Shown: piece by piece, positions 28,549-38,698 of the stretch
Position numbering within the stretch: the stretch's first letter is position 1
How the letters are laid out: each line of letters begins with the position of its first letter
Source: a virus
Reading direction: 5' to 3' (one strand)
IMG/VR virus record: IMGVR_UViG_3300025138_000026
Location: 1 to 64,000 of that record
Length of the DNA: 64,000 nucleotides
Made by a program: the position numbers and the translations under genes
The notes under the pieces: model-generated
What the model saw: the letters and a program-made list of their open reading frames with translations, nothing else
Databases searched by the model: none
Told to the model about the DNA's origin: nothing

Positions 28549-28961
28549 TTTAAAAGTTTTATTAAATTCTTTGGGTAGTTTTCTGAGTCCATAATTTCTG
28601 ATTCTAGAACTCTAATTAATTTTATATTATTAATATCACAAAAATATTCCTTCTTCTCATCCCTGTTTAATTGACGAAGGAAATTCTGCCTTGAATTAGA
28701 ATGGAAAAATTTGTTATACTTATAGTGTTGATTTCCATCAACCTCAATTGCAATATTGAGTGTTGCATTAAAGAAGTCAAGAGTCATTCTTGTTCCTGCG
28801 ACAGGAAATTCTTCAAAAACGACATCCGCAAACCAATATGGTTTAATATTATTTTTTACATCTTTCTGTATGCCACTCCTACACTTTGACTCCCAGTCGA
28901 TCAAATACTTGGTAATATTTTTAATCTTCTTCTCTCTACCATTTGCACACAAGAAAGTCAT
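28545..28961 (-). CDS. Vsr/DUF559-like endonuclease
   Basis: LDFF...IAIEVDGNQH...RD..K...C...I.LIR. Confidence 0.8.
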   Translation of the reverse strand: MTFLCANGREKKIKNITKYLIDWESKCRSGIQKDVKNNIKPYWFADVVFEEFPVAGTRMTLDFFNATLNIAIEVDGNQHYKYNKFFHSNSRQNFLRQLNRDEKKEYFCDINNIKLIRVLESEIMDSENYPKNLIKLLK

Positions 28962-30097
28962 ACTAATTTTTTATTTAAGATATTATCTCTTACAAAATCT
29001 GTCAATAAAGACGTTACCTTTTCATCATTTTCCAAAAACTCGTAGAACGCACGACTACCCTGATAAGACTCTTTGAAATCGATTTTTTTGCTAGTAAGGT
29101 ATCCCTTCAACTCTTCATCAAGCTTAATCCAAGCTCCAGCTTTTTCTAAATAGCCCCACATAAGAAGCATTTCTACAATCTCCCTCTCTATCCAAATAGA
29201 CTTGCCATCCATGCGTCCATGTTTAATTGGGTAACTAACTACTTGGCCTGTAGATTCATTTGTTGATTTCAAAATAGCGACCTTAGCAAGATGTCCATAA
29301 ATCTTGTTATCTGGAGTTATCTGTTCATTAGGTTTTTCTAAAATCTTGTCAGACTTGTTCTGCTTCAAAAATTGAAGAATCCAATCTGGATAATGGAGAA
29401 TAGCATTACCTCCGCTACTGTTTGTTTGGTTATTTGGATCTGCTTTAGCGTATTGACTAACATTAATTGAGCTACGAACTTGAGAAATCATAATACACAT
29501 ATGCCCGAATTTACTCATTCCCAAGCTAACCCGTCTTAAAAAATCAGAACACATCAACGCTCCTCCTGCGACCTTTCTCGCGTCAGAAGAACTTTTTTCT
29601 AGATCTTCTTTGCTTATTAGACCGTCCATACTATCGATTACGATACAAAACTTTTCTTGATCATGGTTATTCTTCAATAACCCCCTCAAAAAATCTACCA
29701 CAGTATCTGTAATATTACACTCCCACACCAAACAAGTTCCAGTTACCCAATCTTCTGGATTGTTAACAAATTTAATTCCAGCTCTATTCCTTATGTCTTC
29801 ACTGAGGCGACCCTCTGCCATTACGAACAATCCTTTTGAGTTTTTTACTCCCTTCATCATATTATGCATTACATGTAATGCTTCGTTCGTTTTGCCTCCC
29901 TCGTTGGCTCCAATGAATCTATGTAAGCCTGAACCCAACCCTCCCCCTAAAACCTTATCAAGAATCATAGATCCGCTAGACACAAGATATTGCTCAGCGG
30001 CTTCTTCAAAATTAAGGTGATACTCTTGGTTTGACTTAAAGTATGCTTCTGTATATTCCTTTGAACTATTTAAGTTCTTGCTCTTCTTTTTACTCAT
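28958..30097 (-). CDS. recA: RecA/UvsX-like recombinase
   Basis: SSGS..LD..LGGG, GANEGGKT, VIDS, ISQVR, GGNA..H and KAGAW. Confidence 0.9.
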   Translation of the reverse strand: MSKKKSKNLNSSKEYTEAYFKSNQEYHLNFEEAAEQYLVSSGSMILDKVLGGGLGSGLHRFIGANEGGKTNEALHVMHNMMKGVKNSKGLFVMAEGRLSEDIRNRAGIKFVNNPEDWVTGTCLVWECNITDTVVDFLRGLLKNNHDQEKFCIVIDSMDGLISKEDLEKSSSDARKVAGGALMCSDFLRRVSLGMSKFGHMCIMISQVRSSINVSQYAKADPNNQTNSSGGNAILHYPDWILQFLKQNKSDKILEKPNEQITPDNKIYGHLAKVAILKSTNESTGQVVSYPIKHGRMDGKSIWIEREIVEMLLMWGYLEKAGAWIKLDEELKGYLTSKKIDFKESYQGSRAFYEFLENDEKVTSLLTDFVRDNILNKKLV

Positions 30098-30533
30098 TTA
30101 AAAAATCTTTTAAGGTTTTCTTCTTCGTCTCTAAGATATCTTCTCCCGCTTTCTCCTTCGTGTCAATAAATTTATCCTTATCTGGAGGCTTATAATAAAA
30201 TTCCTTATGCTTCTTAAGTAAATACTCCTTGCCCTCTCTAGTTAAAAAGTATTTTATTGTATTTTTAAATAAAAACGGCGGTTTCACCTTCTCTAAAAAA
30301 TCTAGATCGTTATTAAATTGATTAAAGACTGTCGTTGCTGCATGCATCTCCATGCGCCAATCTGTAGCCTTAGAGCCACCTAACATTCTTTTCACAAAGT
30401 CTCTCCGATCTTTAAAAAAAGGTTTCGGAGCCTTCTTCTTGGTAGGCTTAAATATGTAACCACATTCACATGAGCCTGCTCTAGCTCCAACTAGGACACT
30501 ACATGAAGGACAGGTCTTTTTACCTCTAGGCAT
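30090..30533 (-). CDS. Zinc-ribbon protein
   Basis: CPSC...CECG at the N-terminus; first gene of the replication operon. Confidence 0.75.
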   Translation of the reverse strand: MPRGKKTCPSCSVLVGARAGSCECGYIFKPTKKKAPKPFFKDRRDFVKRMLGGSKATDWRMEMHAATTVFNQFNNDLDFLEKVKPPFLFKNTIKYFLTREGKEYLLKKHKEFYYKPPDKDKFIDTKEKAGEDILETKKKTLKDFLNE

Positions 30534-30536
30534 GGA

Positions 30537-31571
30537 TTAAACCATACTCAACTTCAAATCATTGTCAACCATTTTTCTTACGAGACCAATAAAGTCTGTT
30601 TTAGGCTTCCAACCCAAGTGCCTTCTAGCCTCCGAAGAATCACCCCAAAGAACTTCTACTTCAGCGGGTCGATAGAAATCTGGATTAATTTTCATTAGGG
30701 TCCGACCTTCATGTAAATATTTTTCCTCCACACCCTTTCCAACCCACTTGCACTCTTCTACAGCGAAGCCAGCGAAGTTAAACGCTTGTTCTACGAACTC
30801 TCTAATAGTATGAGTTTCATTAGAGGATAGAACATATTCCTTAGGCTCTTCTTGGCTCAGCATTAGCCAAATACCTTCTACGAAGTCCTCAGAATCACTC
30901 CAATCTCTTTTCGCGTCAATATTCCCCAACTCAAGAGGTTTAAAATCATTTAAAATATACTCTTTTTTAATGCGAGCTACATTCTTTGTGATCTTACGAG
31001 TAACAAACTCTTCACCACGACGAGTCCCTTCATGATTAAATAACCAGCCCTGTACAGCAAACAAGTCGTAAGAGTCTCTCCAGACTTTCACCATATGCCT
31101 CGCGCTAGCCTTAGAAACCCCATATGGGCTTCTTGGGCGCAGAGGATGAAGTTCTGACTGGGGAGAATATAAAACGTCCCCAAACTCTTCTGAGGAGCCA
31201 GCATTATAATAACGACAATTAGGGCAATGCTTCCTTATAGCTTCCAACTGGTATAAAACAGCCATTGTGTTCGTTTCCATGTGATTGACTGGCATCTTCC
31301 AGCTAACCCCGACAAAAGAATTAGCAGCAAAGTTAATAAAATAATCTGGCTTCTCTTCTGAAATCACAAGATCTGTATTTGCTTGGTCTGCAACATCAAG
31401 ATCAATTAATTTAAATCTAGGATTATCCTTAAGATGAGAAATATTCTCATGGTTTTTGACACTAAGGCGGCGGACTCCCGCAATAATAGTATGTTCCGTA
31501 TTCTCCAAAAGATAGTCTGTCATGAAACTACCGTCTTGACCTGTAACTCCTGTAATTATTACTTTTTTCAT
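30537..31571 (-). CDS. gmd: GDP-mannose 4,6-dehydratase
   Basis: ITGVTGQDGS, AANSFV..SW, SSEEFG, PRSPYGVSK, FNHE..RRGEEFVTRKIT and RPAEV. Confidence 0.95.
   Translation of the reverse strand: MKKVIITGVTGQDGSFMTDYLLENTEHTIIAGVRRLSVKNHENISHLKDNPRFKLIDLDVADQANTDLVISEEKPDYFINFAANSFVGVSWKMPVNHMETNTMAVLYQLEAIRKHCPNCRYYNAGSSEEFGDVLYSPQSELHPLRPRSPYGVSKASARHMVKVWRDSYDLFAVQGWLFNHEGTRRGEEFVTRKITKNVARIKKEYILNDFKPLELGNIDAKRDWSDSEDFVEGIWLMLSQEEPKEYVLSSNETHTIREFVEQAFNFAGFAVEECKWVGKGVEEKYLHEGRTLMKINPDFYRPAEVEVLWGDSSEARRHLGWKPKTDFIGLVRKMVDNDLKLSMV
30541..30568 (-). promoter_or_regulatory. Sigma70-type promoter (leaderless) of the replication operon
   Basis: TTGACA-16-TATGGT, 7 nt before the ATG at 30533. 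Confidence 0.55.
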
Positions 31572-32729
31572 TTAAATATTATTTAATTTAGAAACCAGTT
31601 TTTCAATTTTTGTTTCTCTTAAATTATGGAAAAGGCCCACGTAAAAGCCATTGTGATGTAGATTAATCGAGTTGACATAGTCAATTCCATCTTGGAAAAA
31701 CTCTTTATAGCAAGTTTGATAGCCTAAAAATCCAGATATAATAGGTCTGTATTCTATATCTAGATCTTCACATATACTCAATGCTTTCTTTTTTTTATTA
31801 CCTTTACATATAATAGGCAGACAAAATGGAACATGTTCTCCGTCTTCTAATTCAGAAGGTAAGTAAAATTTACTTAAGTCTAGCTTTGATTTAAATACAT
31901 TATACAATTTCTTTCTAGATTCCGTGTATTTCTGCACTCTTTTCAGATCGAGCATACCAACAAAAGCATTGAAATCTGAGTTTCTAAAATTATTACCGAG
32001 AGTATGGAAATCAAAAAGACTGTCCACTAATTTGTTCTCATAGCTAGAGGTATCTATATTGTAAGCCTTTAAACTCCTAACCATGCCATGATTTCTGTTG
32101 ATTAGATAATATTCATATTCCTTTTTTGAATTAGTGAATATAAAGCCACCCTCAATAGATTGTATTTGATGACCAAAGTAAGTTGAGGTTGTAGACGTAA
32201 AAAACGAAGATACATTTCTGTTATTATAAGTGCCAAATGTATTTTCACAATTATCAAAATTTATATTTACTCCATATTTTCTTTGCAACCTCTGATATTC
32301 GCTCATTTTCGGCGTAAATCCAATCAGTGAAGTTGGGAAAACACAAGCTATTCTGTCTTTATTCTCGATAATGAAATCTTCCAGTTTAGATAAATCCATA
32401 GAAAAATCAGACAAGCACACATCAATAAATTTAGGATTGAACCCCGCTTTAATCCAAGGAGAACAAGATGTCTGCCAAGTAGTTGAGGGTAATACTATAA
32501 TATCCCTATCTTTACAAATAGATTTTTGATAATCTGCCAAAAGAGAATTGGCAGTAGACCCGCTTGAAACATAAACAGAATATTTGCACCCTACATAATC
32601 TGCCATTTTGGATTCAAACTCTTTAACTCTATCTCCTTGAGTCCATCTATTAGCAGGATTCAATATAAATTTGCAGATCTTGAGCCGATCTAAAAAAGAA
32701 AAATTATTAATATTTAAAGGCCAATTCAT
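31572..32729 (-). CDS. colD: PLP enzyme of DegT/DnrJ family, ColD-type GDP-4-keto-6-deoxymannose 3-dehydratase
   Basis: SSGSTAN, DNCE, STYFGHQIQSIEGG (His at the position of the catalytic Lys) and RNHG; adjacent to gmd. Confidence 0.72.
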   Translation of the reverse strand: MNWPLNINNFSFLDRLKICKFILNPANRWTQGDRVKEFESKMADYVGCKYSVYVSSGSTANSLLADYQKSICKDRDIIVLPSTTWQTSCSPWIKAGFNPKFIDVCLSDFSMDLSKLEDFIIENKDRIACVFPTSLIGFTPKMSEYQRLQRKYGVNINFDNCENTFGTYNNRNVSSFFTSTTSTYFGHQIQSIEGGFIFTNSKKEYEYYLINRNHGMVRSLKAYNIDTSSYENKLVDSLFDFHTLGNNFRNSDFNAFVGMLDLKRVQKYTESRKKLYNVFKSKLDLSKFYLPSELEDGEHVPFCLPIICKGNKKKKALSICEDLDIEYRPIISGFLGYQTCYKEFFQDGIDYVNSINLHHNGFYVGLFHNLRETKIEKLVSKLNNI

Positions 32730-33661
32730 AATTTATTATATTGTTCTATTATATTTCTAGCTATAGATACTTTGCTAAACCTATTCTTATATTCATCACT
32801 AAATTTATCTACAAAATCTTTACAATTTTTGTTCCATATTGGATCATTTATTAATTTAGCTATCTTGTCTGAGCAAGCAGGAACAGAGATACCTGACCAA
32901 AATTCTTCACTTGTTGGGTCGTCATCGCAAACAATTATTTTTGTTCGTGCTACAACTGATTCCAAAGCTGGTAAACCGACTGATTTAAATGCAGAAGGAA
33001 AAAATATATATTCTACAGAGTTGTAAAGAATATTTAAAATTTCATCACTAACTATACCATAATAATTTCCAAACCTTGGATTTTCTGAACCCACTACAGC
33101 CAAAGATTGAGCAGTATCTCCTGACTTTATAATAGTATCTGAAACAATATTGAATCTTTTATTTGGATCGTTGGCCCTGCCCACATAAAGATATTTGTAA
33201 TTATCTCCATTTTGATTTTTTATTTTATCATTATCATCTATATCTAGATATGAAACTTCTTTAATTGGATTATAAATAACTTCACTCTGTAGGCCACACC
33301 AGTTCAATATCTGCCACTGCACTTCCTTGCATATGCATGTTATTAAATCACAATCTTTTAATTTTTTCTTCAGATCTGAGGGGTCATAGTTTCTACCATA
33401 CGGGTTATCTATATAAGGATATCTAGAAATATCGTAGTTCCTGCCATCAATACAATGAGGAGGCAAATCTAAAACATTGTAAATAATTTTAGCTTTAGAA
33501 TTTTTTATCCTAAAATCTGAGTCATAAGATGATGGATCATTGCAGTAGATTATATCAGCGTCTTCCACCCTTGTTATATTGCACCCAAATTCTATAAAAC
33601 CTTCTCTTATCCTATCTATTTGATTTATGTAGTGCTCAGCTCCAGCGCAGTAAATATTCAT
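32726..33661 (-). CDS. Glycosyltransferase, GT-B/GT4-like
   Basis: LYVGR..DPNKR and LYN..EYIFFPS....GLPALES. Confidence 0.8.
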   Translation of the reverse strand: MNIYCAGAEHYINQIDRIREGFIEFGCNITRVEDADIIYCNDPSSYDSDFRIKNSKAKIIYNVLDLPPHCIDGRNYDISRYPYIDNPYGRNYDPSDLKKKLKDCDLITCICKEVQWQILNWCGLQSEVIYNPIKEVSYLDIDDNDKIKNQNGDNYKYLYVGRANDPNKRFNIVSDTIIKSGDTAQSLAVVGSENPRFGNYYGIVSDEILNILYNSVEYIFFPSAFKSVGLPALESVVARTKIIVCDDDPTSEEFWSGISVPACSDKIAKLINDPIWNKNCKDFVDKFSDEYKNRFSKVSIARNIIEQYNKL

Positions 33662-33662
33662 T

Positions 33663-34436
33663 TTAAATTATTTTAATCTCTGGTTTAATTTGATTGAATC
33701 TACAATAGAAATCGTCGTTAAAACATAATTTGTTTTTTTCTTGATCCCATTTATATGAACAAACTCCATTATATCTTTTTAGCTGATATTCCACTTTTGC
33801 TTTCAAAAACTCATCGGAACCAATCCAAGAATAATGATCAGGAAAACAACTTTCTTTAGGAATTTGCGAGACAGAAAGGCTTTTATAATCTACAAGATTA
33901 TTATCGATATTATAAGCAACATCATTTTCATAATAAAAATGACTAAGAGATGTTTTCCCATTAACTTTCGTAGAGAAAATTCTCGGAGGATTAAAATCTT
34001 CTATATATTGATTTTTTGAAAAAACAAAATTTTTAAAGTTTATTTTATATGTCTGACTCTTGGGATTTTCTTTTATATATTGGATAGCTTTCTTTATATC
34101 TTCTTCTGAATAAAACTCATCTTGATCTAATAGCCATATATAATCAAGATCGTAAGCCATTAAATGTTGTAGAGGAGAGTTTCTAGAAAAAGAATCATTT
34201 GATTCCTTACCCAAACAAATGTAATCTACAAAACCTCTATGCTCTTTCAATAACTGCATGGGAGTTTCTGTATCATCAATATCCCATCCGCACTCAACAT
34301 ACTGAGGATACTGATAACTTGAAACAGCAACTTTATTTATCTCTGGTATATTTTTCCAATTTTCTAAACACCTATTTGTGTATTGAGGAAATCCATAAAA
34401 ATTGCACAGTAACCCTATTTTCATACTTTTTCCCAA
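33663..34436 (-). CDS. Glycosyltransferase, GT-A/GT2-like
   Basis: RN..LQ...DYIWLLDQDE DxD motif; HYSW. Confidence 0.75.
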   Translation of the reverse strand: MGKSMKIGLLCNFYGFPQYTNRCLENWKNIPEINKVAVSSYQYPQYVECGWDIDDTETPMQLLKEHRGFVDYICLGKESNDSFSRNSPLQHLMAYDLDYIWLLDQDEFYSEEDIKKAIQYIKENPKSQTYKINFKNFVFSKNQYIEDFNPPRIFSTKVNGKTSLSHFYYENDVAYNIDNNLVDYKSLSVSQIPKESCFPDHYSWIGSDEFLKAKVEYQLKRYNGVCSYKWDQEKNKLCFNDDFYCRFNQIKPEIKII

Positions 34437-35215
34437 AGTTTTAATCCATGTTTAACCCTACCTCTGGCTTTTAATTCTTCTTCTGTAACATCGTGTGTAT
34501 TAGGATCTCCTCCTGTTGCCTCCACCCAAAAACTATGCCAGAATTTATTAACTTTAAGTCTTTCTTTTAAATCTACATAACCTAAATGATATACAAAAGG
34601 CGCACCACTTAAGCAATATTGGAGAGCTTTCTTTTCATCATTAAAATCACAGAGAGGGTAAGTTTGAAGTAGCTCTCCTTTATCATTAATTAACTCGTCA
34701 GTACTAGTCTTATTATAATCTGGTCTACCATCTTTCTTTATGGCGAAATTGACTGGACCCCTTTTTAAGCCTCTTTTATGGATATACCATTTAGCAGCTA
34801 TGTCTATATAATGATCATAATCTCCATATAAATTTATAACAGGAACAAAGAAAGAAGCATAATCATCAGAAGAAAGAAGTTGTTCTCCCAGATCTTCAAT
34901 TATAAACTTCTCTCCTCCTAAACGTTCGTCTAGATTTTGTTGTATTAGCAAATCTCCAGAACAAGCTTGAAGAGCTAAGTCTTCAGTTTTGCCGTAACAA
35001 TATGGATCATCGTAAGGAATATTTACAGAAATAACTTTTAAGTTATAATTTTTCTCTTCTCCATACTTCCTAATAACAGACTCTGTATCATCAACACTTT
35101 TATTAACTGCAATACAAACTTCATCTGCGTAATAAAACCAGTTATCTAAAGCATCCTTGTGATCAAATGCTTTATCTAAAATATTGAACGCCGTTGAGTA
35201 TATGCTAATTTTCAT
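34421..35215 (-). CDS. Glycosyltransferase, GT-A/GT2-like
   Basis: MKISIY, ADEV, SVDDT, ALQACSGD...NLDE and YHLGY. Confidence 0.78.
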   Translation of the reverse strand: MKISIYSTAFNILDKAFDHKDALDNWFYYADEVCIAVNKSVDDTESVIRKYGEEKNYNLKVISVNIPYDDPYCYGKTEDLALQACSGDLLIQQNLDERLGGEKFIIEDLGEQLLSSDDYASFFVPVINLYGDYDHYIDIAAKWYIHKRGLKRGPVNFAIKKDGRPDYNKTSTDELINDKGELLQTYPLCDFNDEKKALQYCLSGAPFVYHLGYVDLKERLKVNKFWHSFWVEATGGDPNTHDVTEEELKARGRVKHGLKLWEKV

Positions 35216-35217
35216 TA

Positions 35218-36060
35218 TTAAAATTTAATTTGCTTGAAGCAGTTAAAATCATGTTTATCTATAAATCCTTCTTTTTGTTCTTGTATATTGTATCTATACC
35301 AATCATTTAAAAATTTGTCAAAATTTATACACTCTTTTATTTCATCATTTAACCTAAATCTAAAACACTCTTCTACAGAAGATATACAAAAAGGATTTAA
35401 ACCCTCTTTTTTAATAAGCTCTATTAATCTATTGCGGTTTTCATATCTTTTATTTACTAATTCTAAATCGTCTTCAAATCCCAATAAAAGATGATTGGTG
35501 TTATAAAAAAAATAATATTTAAAATTATGATTAATAAAGTGCAAGGGGTCTTGTCTTTTTTCTTCTCTAATATTTTTTTGATAACCTTCTTCCCAAAAAG
35601 GTTGATTTGATAACTCAATTGATTTATTGACTCCGACAATACCTTCGTGAGGATTATTCACAAAAGCAGTTCGTTCATTAAATTTAAATAATAATCTTTT
35701 GTTATGCAGATATACTCCATTTACTCCCGAATAATCTAGATGGCCGCAAATGTGTTTCAATTTGCATGTAAAATCTGGAGAAAGTCTCTCCAAAGTATCT
35801 ATTGTAAGAAACCAATCGCCAACTTGCATCCGACTCTGAAATAACGAGTGATTCCTACTGAAGTCTAACCTATTACACCATTTGGTATAAATTATTTCTC
35901 CCTGACCCTTTACGCTTTCCAGATAATCTGCACCATCATCTTTAGGATAATGAAAGGTCCAAATCAAACCATCAAAGTGATCTTTAATTGGCTCAATCAA
36001 TTCTTGAAGATCTTGTTTATGACCTTCTGTAGTTATACCTATTAACCAAAGTTTATTCAT
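35218..36060 (-). CDS. Glycosyltransferase, GT-A/GT2-like
   Basis: W..RLDFSRN, GDWFLTIDTLE and PHE. Confidence 0.7.
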   Translation of the reverse strand: MNKLWLIGITTEGHKQDLQELIEPIKDHFDGLIWTFHYPKDDGADYLESVKGQGEIIYTKWCNRLDFSRNHSLFQSRMQVGDWFLTIDTLERLSPDFTCKLKHICGHLDYSGVNGVYLHNKRLLFKFNERTAFVNNPHEGIVGVNKSIELSNQPFWEEGYQKNIREEKRQDPLHFINHNFKYYFFYNTNHLLLGFEDDLELVNKRYENRNRLIELIKKEGLNPFCISSVEECFRFRLNDEIKECINFDKFLNDWYRYNIQEQKEGFIDKHDFNCFKQIKF

Positions 36061-36791
36061 CCTATATGTTCAGAGTATAATTTTTCTGGATTAAAGAAAG
36101 AAAACGGAGTATTGCTATTGCTCATGGGTTTCAAAAGATCTCCAGACATCAACTCACAATGATAAGATCCAAGTTTATCTAAATGTTGTTGAGCCGCCTT
36201 CCACGCAATAAATATTTCGTTAGTCCTACTAATATTAGGTTGGAAAGTAAAGGTGGGGCCATATTGAGTATAATTTATAGCTTGAGTTAAAATATCTCCA
36301 GTCTCGTTATTATGATCTCCATCTGGAGGTCCATATTCTTTACCCCGATTAAATCTAACACAAAGTTGGTCAGGATTATTGTCCAGAAATTCTAAGCTTT
36401 CTTCAAGGACTTCATTTAAAGATATTTTTGAATTGATCAACCAATCGTCTTCCAACCACAAAGAATATTTTTGTTTTCTAACTTCTTGATCAGAATACGC
36501 TTTATAAATATCCTTGAAATAACCAGCCGAGTGAGATAAATGATTTTCACTGTGATGCACAATCGACTCTTTAGTCTCGATGACTCTTATACCATACACA
36601 CAGCAGAAAGATTTTATTTTGTCTGCTACTGATTCCTCTTCGTCTCTAGTCTTTAAATGTAAAACTTTGTTTGAGAAAAGATTGGGATCTACTTTTTTAA
36701 ATAGATCTTCAATAACATCTCTGTAAGTATGCTGACCACCATGACCCATGGTAGTGCTAAATAAGATTAAATTTAACGGTAGTTTTTTCAT
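36057..36791 (-). CDS. Glycosyltransferase, GT-A-like
   Basis: YSLWLEDDW, VRF, FTFQP and C-terminal HIG. Confidence 0.7.
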   Translation of the reverse strand: MKKLPLNLILFSTTMGHGGQHTYRDVIEDLFKKVDPNLFSNKVLHLKTRDEEESVADKIKSFCCVYGIRVIETKESIVHHSENHLSHSAGYFKDIYKAYSDQEVRKQKYSLWLEDDWLINSKISLNEVLEESLEFLDNNPDQLCVRFNRGKEYGPPDGDHNNETGDILTQAINYTQYGPTFTFQPNISRTNEIFIAWKAAQQHLDKLGSYHCELMSGDLLKPMSNSNTPFSFFNPEKLYSEHIG

Positions 36792-36794
36792 AAA

Positions 36795-36865
36795 CCTCTG
36801 GGCCTTGTATGGAAAAGTTAAGACCCAGAGGCTACTATGACCTCAAGGAGGCAAATCCTTGACCT
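36795..36865 (-). ncRNA. Candidate structured 5' leader or small RNA (two hairpins) ahead of the glycosylation operon
   Basis: UCAAGGA/UCCUUGA hairpin (36843-36862), then CCUCUGGGUCUU/AAGGCCCAGAGG hairpin (36795-36831) ending 3 nt before the ATG. Confidence 0.45.
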
Positions 36866-36870
36866 CCCTT

Positions 36871-36899
36871 ATTGTATTGAGAAAATTATCTAAAATCAA
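36871..36899 (-). promoter_or_regulatory. Sigma70-type promoter
   Basis: TTGATT-17-TACAAT. Confidence 0.65.
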
Positions 36900-37016
36900 C
36901 TAATCTTCGGCAATATGTTCGTTTATTTTGCCCAAAATATAAGCTAAAGTCTCATCATATTCTAATTCAACATTTTCAATGTCTTCCTTCTCAATTATAG
37001 GTTCTGCAATAGTCAT
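36900..37016 (-). CDS. Small acidic protein, 38 aa (not in ORF track)
   Basis: MTIAEPIIEKEDIENVELEYDETLAYILGKINEHIAED*; GTGTA motif 13 nt upstream (37030-37034). Confidence 0.55.
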   Translation of the reverse strand: MTIAEPIIEKEDIENVELEYDETLAYILGKINEHIAED

Positions 37017-37054
37017 AGTAATGACTATCTACACTAAAATATATATATCGGAAA

Positions 37055-38698
37055 TTAACCCTCACACGATTTGCATTGCATCAAGGATCTTGAAAGCTCT
37101 TGACTTGGATTAGCGCTCCTTTGGTAATACAAGCCTTTTACTCCATTTTCCCAAGCATAAATCATAAGTTGATTAACTTCTTTCGCAGGAGTATTTGGGG
37201 GTATCATTAAATTTAATGATTGTCCTTGATCTAAATATTTCTGCCTCTGGGCAGCTTGAATAACAACTTCTTTCTGAGAAATCTCTTCAAATGTCTTAAA
37301 TATACCCTTATCATCATCAGACATAAAGCTCAAATTTTGAACAGATCCTCCTGTTTTAAGTATACTCAACCAGACTTCGTCATTATCTTTCCCATATTCT
37401 CGTAATACATTTTTCAAGTAAGGGTTCTTGTAAGTGAATTTCCCCTTAGCCAAATTCTTGACAAAATAATTTGAATTCAAGGGTTCAATAGAAGGAGATA
37501 CTTGACCCAAAATAAAAGAACTACTGGTTGTCGGAGCTATAGCTAGAGTAGTTGTATTTCTGCGACCGTAATCTTTAGCATACAAGGGACCGCCTAAAAT
37601 GTTAAAAAGATCCCCTGTTGCTTTGTCACTAGATTTTCTAATCTTTTTGAATATAGAACTATTAGCTAGCTTGGCCTCCATACTCTCAAAAGTAATACTC
37701 TTACTCTGTAGGTAAGAGTGCCAACCAAGGACTCCCATGCCTAAAGCCCTGTGCCGTTTAGCGAAATTATGAGAAGATTCCATAAATGGAATATCTTTAG
37801 TTTTAATAATATACTCTTCCATTACCGCATCGAGAAACATAGTCAAAACCTCAATAGCGTCAGTTTTAATAATTTCATCCCATTGAACTAGATTAAGGGA
37901 AGACAAACAACAAACAAAGGATTCATCTTCTTTTGAAGGAAGGCTTATCTCATTACAAAGATTAGAAGCGAATATCTCCATCGCATTATCTTTGTAACAG
38001 TCTGGGGCTTGATTATTAGCAGTATCTTTGAAAAATAAATATGGGTATCCCGTTTCAAACCTTTTTTTAATTACTGAAGCCCAGATCTGACGTTTATCTG
38101 AATCTCCATCAATCATAGATTTCATCCAATCATCTCCAACAGTAATCCCAAAAGACATCTCTTGGATTGCATTACCCTCACTCCTTATACGCAAAAATTC
38201 TTTGATATCAGGATGATCAATAGGTAAATAAGCAGCGAAAGAACCCCTACGGACATTACCTTGAGAAACTACAGCTGCCACCTTATCAAAAAGTTCCATA
38301 AAATGGACTGCCCCAGAAGATTCCCCACCTGAATTTATTTTAGCTCCCCTACCACGGAGTTCTCCAAAATAAGCTGAAGTCCCAGAACCGTGTTTGGTTT
38401 GCATTCCAACCTCACTTTGCTTTGACAAAATTCCATCCATTCTGTCAGGAACATATACCCCATTACAAGAAATAGGGAGACCCCTCTTCCTCCCGAAATT
38501 AGACCAAACAGGAGAAGCGAGGGAATAAAACCCTTGCTTCATATAAGAAATGAATTTATCAGAAAATCCCTCAATACCCAAATATCCTTGGGCAGTATTA
38601 GCTATATCTTCAATCCTTTCTTCTGGAGTTTCTCCTTTTAAATAGCCCCTTTCAAGGAAAATCCTTGAATCTTCATTTAGCCAATAGTATTCAGTCAT
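37055..38698 (-). CDS. nrdA: Ribonucleotide reductase class Ia alpha subunit (no ATP cone)
   Basis: PISC, SNLCNEI, CCLSSLN, IAPTTSSS, DQGQSLN, GLYY and C-terminal CKSC. Confidence 0.95.
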   Translation of the reverse strand: MTEYYWLNEDSRIFLERGYLKGETPEERIEDIANTAQGYLGIEGFSDKFISYMKQGFYSLASPVWSNFGRKRGLPISCNGVYVPDRMDGILSKQSEVGMQTKHGSGTSAYFGELRGRGAKINSGGESSGAVHFMELFDKVAAVVSQGNVRRGSFAAYLPIDHPDIKEFLRIRSEGNAIQEMSFGITVGDDWMKSMIDGDSDKRQIWASVIKKRFETGYPYLFFKDTANNQAPDCYKDNAMEIFASNLCNEISLPSKEDESFVCCLSSLNLVQWDEIIKTDAIEVLTMFLDAVMEEYIIKTKDIPFMESSHNFAKRHRALGMGVLGWHSYLQSKSITFESMEAKLANSSIFKKIRKSSDKATGDLFNILGGPLYAKDYGRRNTTTLAIAPTTSSSFILGQVSPSIEPLNSNYFVKNLAKGKFTYKNPYLKNVLREYGKDNDEVWLSILKTGGSVQNLSFMSDDDKGIFKTFEEISQKEVVIQAAQRQKYLDQGQSLNLMIPPNTPAKEVNQLMIYAWENGVKGLYYQRSANPSQELSRSLMQCKSCEG

